A stretch of DNA of 47,560 bases, from the IMG/VR virus record IMGVR_UViG_3300025018_000022, positions 1-47,560 of that record. One strand, given 5' to 3'. Positions 43,879-47,560 of the stretch are shown one piece after another (the stretch's first letter is position 1; each line of letters opens with the position of its first letter). The position numbers and the translations under genes were made by a program. The notes beneath the pieces were generated by a model. That model was not told the DNA's origin and did not search any database. It worked only from the letters and a program-made list of their open reading frames with translations. Source of the DNA: a virus. Taxonomy: Duplodnaviria; Caudoviricetes.

Positions 43879-45397
43879 AGTCAGAGAACTAGCTGAGGCT
43901 AACCTGTCTGCCTTCATCAGACTTGTAGACAAGAACAGACTGCTAGGGCATGTCCACGAAGACGTAATTTCATGGTGGACAAGGCCGGACGCCAAAAGCC
44001 ACCAGCTTCTTCTTCTCCCCCGTGACCACATGAAGAGTGCTCTTGTAGCCTTCAGAGTGGCCTGGGAGATCACGAAAGACCCTACGCTTCGCGTCTTGTA
44101 TATCTCTAGCACAAGCAATCTTGCTATAAAGCAGCTTGGGTTCATCAAGAGTCTTTTGACTAGCGAAGTCTACAGGAAGTACTGGCCTCTGCACGTACAC
44201 CCGGAGGACGGTAAAAGAGAAAAGTGGACAGAGAGTGAGATTGCTCTGGACCACCCACTCCGGAAAGAACATTTTGTTAGAGACCCTACGATATTCACAG
44301 CTGGTCTTACTACCTCTGTTACTGGTCTTCATTGCGATATCGCTGTTCTCGATGATGTAGTTGTCTTCGAGAATGCCTACACCAGAGAGGGCAGAAACAA
44401 GGTTAAGTCGCAGTATTCTCTCCTCGCCTCTATCGAAGGAGCTGATATGAAAGAATGGGTGGTGGGTACTCGTTACCACCCTAAAGACCTGTACAACGAT
44501 ATGTTGGAGATGTACGAGGATGTCTACAACAACGAAACAGGTGAGATTGCTAACTCGCGACAAATTTATGAAGTCTACCAAGCAGTCGTTGAAGAAGACG
44601 GCAACTTCCTCTGGCCGAGGCAAAGGAGGTCGGATGGTAAGTGGTTCGGGTTTGACAGGGCGATCCTCGAAAAGAAGAGGGCACAGTACTTAGACAAAGT
44701 TCAGTTTCGCGCACAGTACTACAACGACCCTAGTGACCCGGAGAACCGACCCATTGATTATGACAAGTTCCAGTACTTCGATCCCAACCTACTCAAGCTT
44801 CGTGGAGGAGACTGGTATTACAAAGACAAACGACTTAACCTTGTGGCAGCAATTGACTTTGCCACTTCTGTTTCCAAGCGAGCCGACTACACCGCCATCG
44901 TCGTTATCGGAATTGATTCAGAGTCGAACATTTTCGTCCTTGACGTCAAGCGGTTCAAGACTGACCGTATATCCGACTATTACAAAGAACTTCTGGTTCT
45001 CCTTAACAGGTGGAGCTTTCGTAAACTACGAGCCGAATGCACAGCCGCTCAAGCAGCCATCGTCAAAGAGCTGAAAGAGATGTATCTCAAGCCTAATGGT
45101 ATCGCTCTGAAGATCGACGAGCATCGCCCTAACAGATACGATGGTTCCAAGGAAGAGAGGATGTCTGCCATTCTGGAACCCAGGTATGAGAACAGGATGG
45201 TTTACCACGGTCGTGGTGGCAACTGGCAGCTTCTGGAAGAAGAACTGGTTTCGAACAACCCAGCTCACGACGACATCAAAGACGCCCTTGCTGCAGCCAT
45301 CGAGATCGCAGTAAAGCCTTCTCATTCGGTAGCCAAGAATCTCTTTCAGGACAACAACGTAATCTATCACCCCAGGTTTGGCGGGAGGTCGTTTTAA
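43844..45397 (+). CDS. Terminase large subunit
   Basis: PRDHMKS Walker A, TGLHCD...LDD Walker B, GTRYH..DLY, AIDFA, DYTA and HDD..DAL nuclease motifs. Confidence 0.93.
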   Translation: MQSTDISSKLDEVRELAEANLSAFIRLVDKNRLLGHVHEDVISWWTRPDAKSHQLLLLPRDHMKSALVAFRVAWEITKDPTLRVLYISSTSNLAIKQLGFIKSLLTSEVYRKYWPLHVHPEDGKREKWTESEIALDHPLRKEHFVRDPTIFTAGLTTSVTGLHCDIAVLDDVVVFENAYTREGRNKVKSQYSLLASIEGADMKEWVVGTRYHPKDLYNDMLEMYEDVYNNETGEIANSRQIYEVYQAVVEEDGNFLWPRQRRSDGKWFGFDRAILEKKRAQYLDKVQFRAQYYNDPSDPENRPIDYDKFQYFDPNLLKLRGGDWYYKDKRLNLVAAIDFATSVSKRADYTAIVVIGIDSESNIFVLDVKRFKTDRISDYYKELLVLLNRWSFRKLRAECTAAQAAIVKELKEMYLKPNGIALKIDEHRPNRYDGSKEERMSAILEPRYENRMVYHGRGGNWQLLEEELVSNNPAHDDIKDALAAAIEIAVKPSHSVAKNLFQDNNVIYHPRFGGRSF

Positions 45398-47140
45398 TTG
45401 GTTGATACTCTAGACATCGAAAGTCTAATCCGCCCTGAAGCCGAGGCTGTGGGTATCGCGAATAACTGGCGTGAGTGGTCTAGTGCACGGCGTCCCAAGA
45501 TCGACGAGTGGAGGGAGCTTCGTAACTATCTTTTTGCCACAGATACCAAGACGACTTCGAACAGGAAACTCCCGTGGTCTAACTCTACTACTACTCCTAA
45601 GCTTACCCAGATCAGGGATAACCTACACGCTAACTACTTTGCGGCCTTGTTCCCCCAGGTAAAGTGGTTTCGGTGGCAGGCTGACGACCAGGACTCTTCC
45701 TCCAGGACTAAGCGTAGCATCATCCAGAACTACGTGCAGACCAAGGTAGACCAGAGCGGTTTTATTGATACCGTCTCCAGGTTGGTCCTAGACTGGATTG
45801 ATACTGGTAACGTATTTGCTATGGTAGAGCACGTAGCTGACTACGTACAGCACGGAGACGGAGACCTTATCACTACCTATATCGGGCCTAAGCTTCGCCG
45901 CATTTCACCTTATGATATCGTCTTCAACCCTTTGGCAGAAGACTTTGCGAAGACCCCTAAGATCATCAAAGAACTCGTGACTGTTGGTGATCTTAAGAAG
46001 AGGATTGCGCAGGACCCGTCTAACGCTTGGATGGAGGGTGCCTTTACTGAGATGGAGGCTGTTCGTGGTCACGTCTCAGAGATGGACTCAGAGTTTGACA
46101 AGAGCGACGGGTTTATCGCAGATGGCTTCAGTTCCCTCACTCACTACTACGAGAGCGGGTACGTAGAGCTTCTTCACTTCTTTGGAGATATCTATAACCG
46201 TCTTACCGGAGAGCTGCAGCTCAACAGGATTATCACTGTTGCTGATCGTAGCCGTGTTCTTCGTAACATTCCTAACCCTAGTTGGCTAGGCTCTGGTGTT
46301 ATTCGCCATACCTCTTGGAGGCAGCGCCCTGACAACCTGTATGGTATGGGCCCTCTTGAGAATCTTGTCGGCCTGCAGTATCGTATTGATCACCTTGAGA
46401 ACCTGAAGGCTGATGTCTTTGATCAGATTGCTTATCCGACCAAGAAGATCAGAGGGGATGTACAGGAGTTTGGTGAAGGACTAGGTGAGCGTATCTACCT
46501 CGGTGAAGAGGGTGATGTCACTTATCTTGTCCCGGACTCTACTGCTCTGAATGCTGACTTCCAGATTCAGGACTTGTCGAACAAGATGGAAGAACTAGCT
46601 GGTGCCCCGCGTAATGCTATGGGTATCCGCACCCCAGGGGAGAAGACAGCCTTTGAGGTTCAGACTCTGAACACCGGGGCCAGCCGCATCTTCTCCCACA
46701 AGGCTGGTCACTTTGAACGAACCTTCGTCGAACTCTTGCTGAATGATATGCTTGAGGTTGGCCGTAGGAACTTGAACGAGTCCGAGGTTATCCGAGGAAT
46801 CGATCAGGCTACCGGTGTAGAACTCTTCAGGACTATCACTCGTGAGGATATTACCGCACGTGGTAAGCTTCGCCCGATGGGTGCCAGGCACTTTGCAGAG
46901 AGGGCACTAAGACTCCAGAACCTCCAGACTCTGATTCAGATCAAGGCTACTGATCCTACTGTTGGTGTTCACTTGAGTGGTAAACTTATCGCCCAACTTC
47001 TGGCTCAAGAGCTAGATGAAGAGAACCTGTTTGGTGAAAACATCTCTCTATTTGAGCAGATGCAAGCCCAGCAGATTGCAGAAGAACTGCAGATCAACGA
47101 AGAAGAGAGACAGCAGGTTGCTGCTGAGGAAGGACTTTAG
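45398..47140 (+). CDS. Portal protein
   Basis: 580 aa after TerL. LPW.NSTT.PKLTQIRDNLHANY, RPDNLYGMGPL, G.RTPGEKTAFEVQ motifs. Confidence 0.88.
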   Translation: MVDTLDIESLIRPEAEAVGIANNWREWSSARRPKIDEWRELRNYLFATDTKTTSNRKLPWSNSTTTPKLTQIRDNLHANYFAALFPQVKWFRWQADDQDSSSRTKRSIIQNYVQTKVDQSGFIDTVSRLVLDWIDTGNVFAMVEHVADYVQHGDGDLITTYIGPKLRRISPYDIVFNPLAEDFAKTPKIIKELVTVGDLKKRIAQDPSNAWMEGAFTEMEAVRGHVSEMDSEFDKSDGFIADGFSSLTHYYESGYVELLHFFGDIYNRLTGELQLNRIITVADRSRVLRNIPNPSWLGSGVIRHTSWRQRPDNLYGMGPLENLVGLQYRIDHLENLKADVFDQIAYPTKKIRGDVQEFGEGLGERIYLGEEGDVTYLVPDSTALNADFQIQDLSNKMEELAGAPRNAMGIRTPGEKTAFEVQTLNTGASRIFSHKAGHFERTFVELLLNDMLEVGRRNLNESEVIRGIDQATGVELFRTITREDITARGKLRPMGARHFAERALRLQNLQTLIQIKATDPTVGVHLSGKLIAQLLAQELDEENLFGENISLFEQMQAQQIAEELQINEEERQQVAAEEGL

Positions 47141-47142
47141 AA

Positions 47143-47328
47143 ATGTTTACTAGTGTTGACAAGGCTATCGTAGCTATCATCAGCGGCTTCCTTACCGTTG
47201 CTACTATGGTGTTTGGGGTTGACCTGAACCTGTCGCCGGAGCTTATCGCGGCTGTTGGTTCTGTCGTCTCGGGAATCCTGGTCTACCTTGTGCCTAACAA
47301 GGAAGTCCCTGCTGAGCCCGCTGAGTAG
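47143..47328 (+). CDS. Holin
   Basis: 61 aa with two transmembrane segments, KAIVA start and VYLVPN end. Precedes the spanins. Confidence 0.7.
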   Translation: MFTSVDKAIVAIISGFLTVATMVFGVDLNLSPELIAAVGSVVSGILVYLVPNKEVPAEPAE

Positions 47329-47330
47329 GT

Positions 47331-47560
47331 ATGAGTTCTAACCTTATCATTCTTGGTGTGTTGGCCCTTCTTATTCTGGCTCTCGCTCTTGCAGCCAGAA
47401 AGTGGGGGGTTAGCTCTACCAAGCAAGAGGTTGGCAAGGATACTACAAAAGAGGTGACCCGTATATCCAAGGAGGCGTCTGATGCACGGAGTGAGGTTGG
47501 TAGCCTTAGCGACGCTGGGGTTGATCAGCGCTTGCACGACATTGGTGGATTCCGAACCGA
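47331..47560 (+). CDS. Rz-like inner-membrane spanin (continues across the circular junction to TAG at 132-134; 78 aa)
   Basis: MSSNLIILGVLALLILALALAARKWG N-terminal TM followed by a helical periplasmic region. Overlaps the o-spanin. Confidence 0.7.
   Translation, partial: MSSNLIILGVLALLILALALAARKWGVSSTKQEVGKDTTKEVTRISKEASDARSEVGSLSDAGVDQRLHDIGGFRT
47434..47560. repeat. Terminal direct repeat, right copy (assembly overlap)
   Basis: Identical to 1-127. Confidence 0.95.

Noticed and set aside
9080-45400. In-frame TAA immediately followed by a start (9082/9083, 16251/16252, 45397/45398) as read-through fusions
   Set aside because: SD-like sequences lie in the upstream gene ends and the products match separate known protein types. 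Translational coupling is simpler.
47434-47560. 127-bp terminal repeat as a biological DTR
   Set aside because: It is exact, 127 bp matches a common assembler k-mer length, and it falls inside the spanin genes. It is best read as a circularisation overlap.

Overview
The window is an apparently complete, circularly assembled lytic podovirus genome of about 47,433 bp. Bases 47434-47560 exactly repeat bases 1-127, most likely an assembler overlap. There are two convergent arms meeting at an intrinsic terminator near 17.78 kb. The + arm (41.67 kb, wrapping to 17.76 kb) carries terminase, portal, holin/spanins, scaffold, major capsid, T7-like tail tube and internal virion proteins, and fibre-like proteins. 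The - arm (41.0 kb down to 17.8 kb) carries early genes, a phiEco32/PaP3-type peptide-ligase cluster (2 ATP-grasp, amidoligase, COOH-NH2 ligase, class I and II glutamine amidotransferases, gamma-glutamylcyclotransferase), primase-helicase, family A DNA polymerase, SSB, nucleases, a methyltransferase, a lipoprotein serine protease and a class II ribonucleotide reductase. I found no RNA polymerase, integrase, tRNA or CRISPR array. The layout fits Zobellviridae/cobavirus-like phages, probably with an alphaproteobacterial host (inference). The most unusual unexplained signals are: (1) nine small SH3/KOW-like genes with divergent bodies but a shared acidic C-terminal tail ending L-[Y/F/L]-Y-stop, interleaved with the ligase and replication genes; (2) two perfect sigma70 promoters 16.5 kb apart, each followed by the same conserved leader; (3) a roughly 420-nt hairpin-rich leader plus a 27-bp long-range stem enclosing one early gene; (4) no free endolysin gene, but a possible internal start in front of a virion muramidase domain; (5) a CysRS anticodon-domain-like protein. 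All function calls are from motif recognition by eye, with no database searches.
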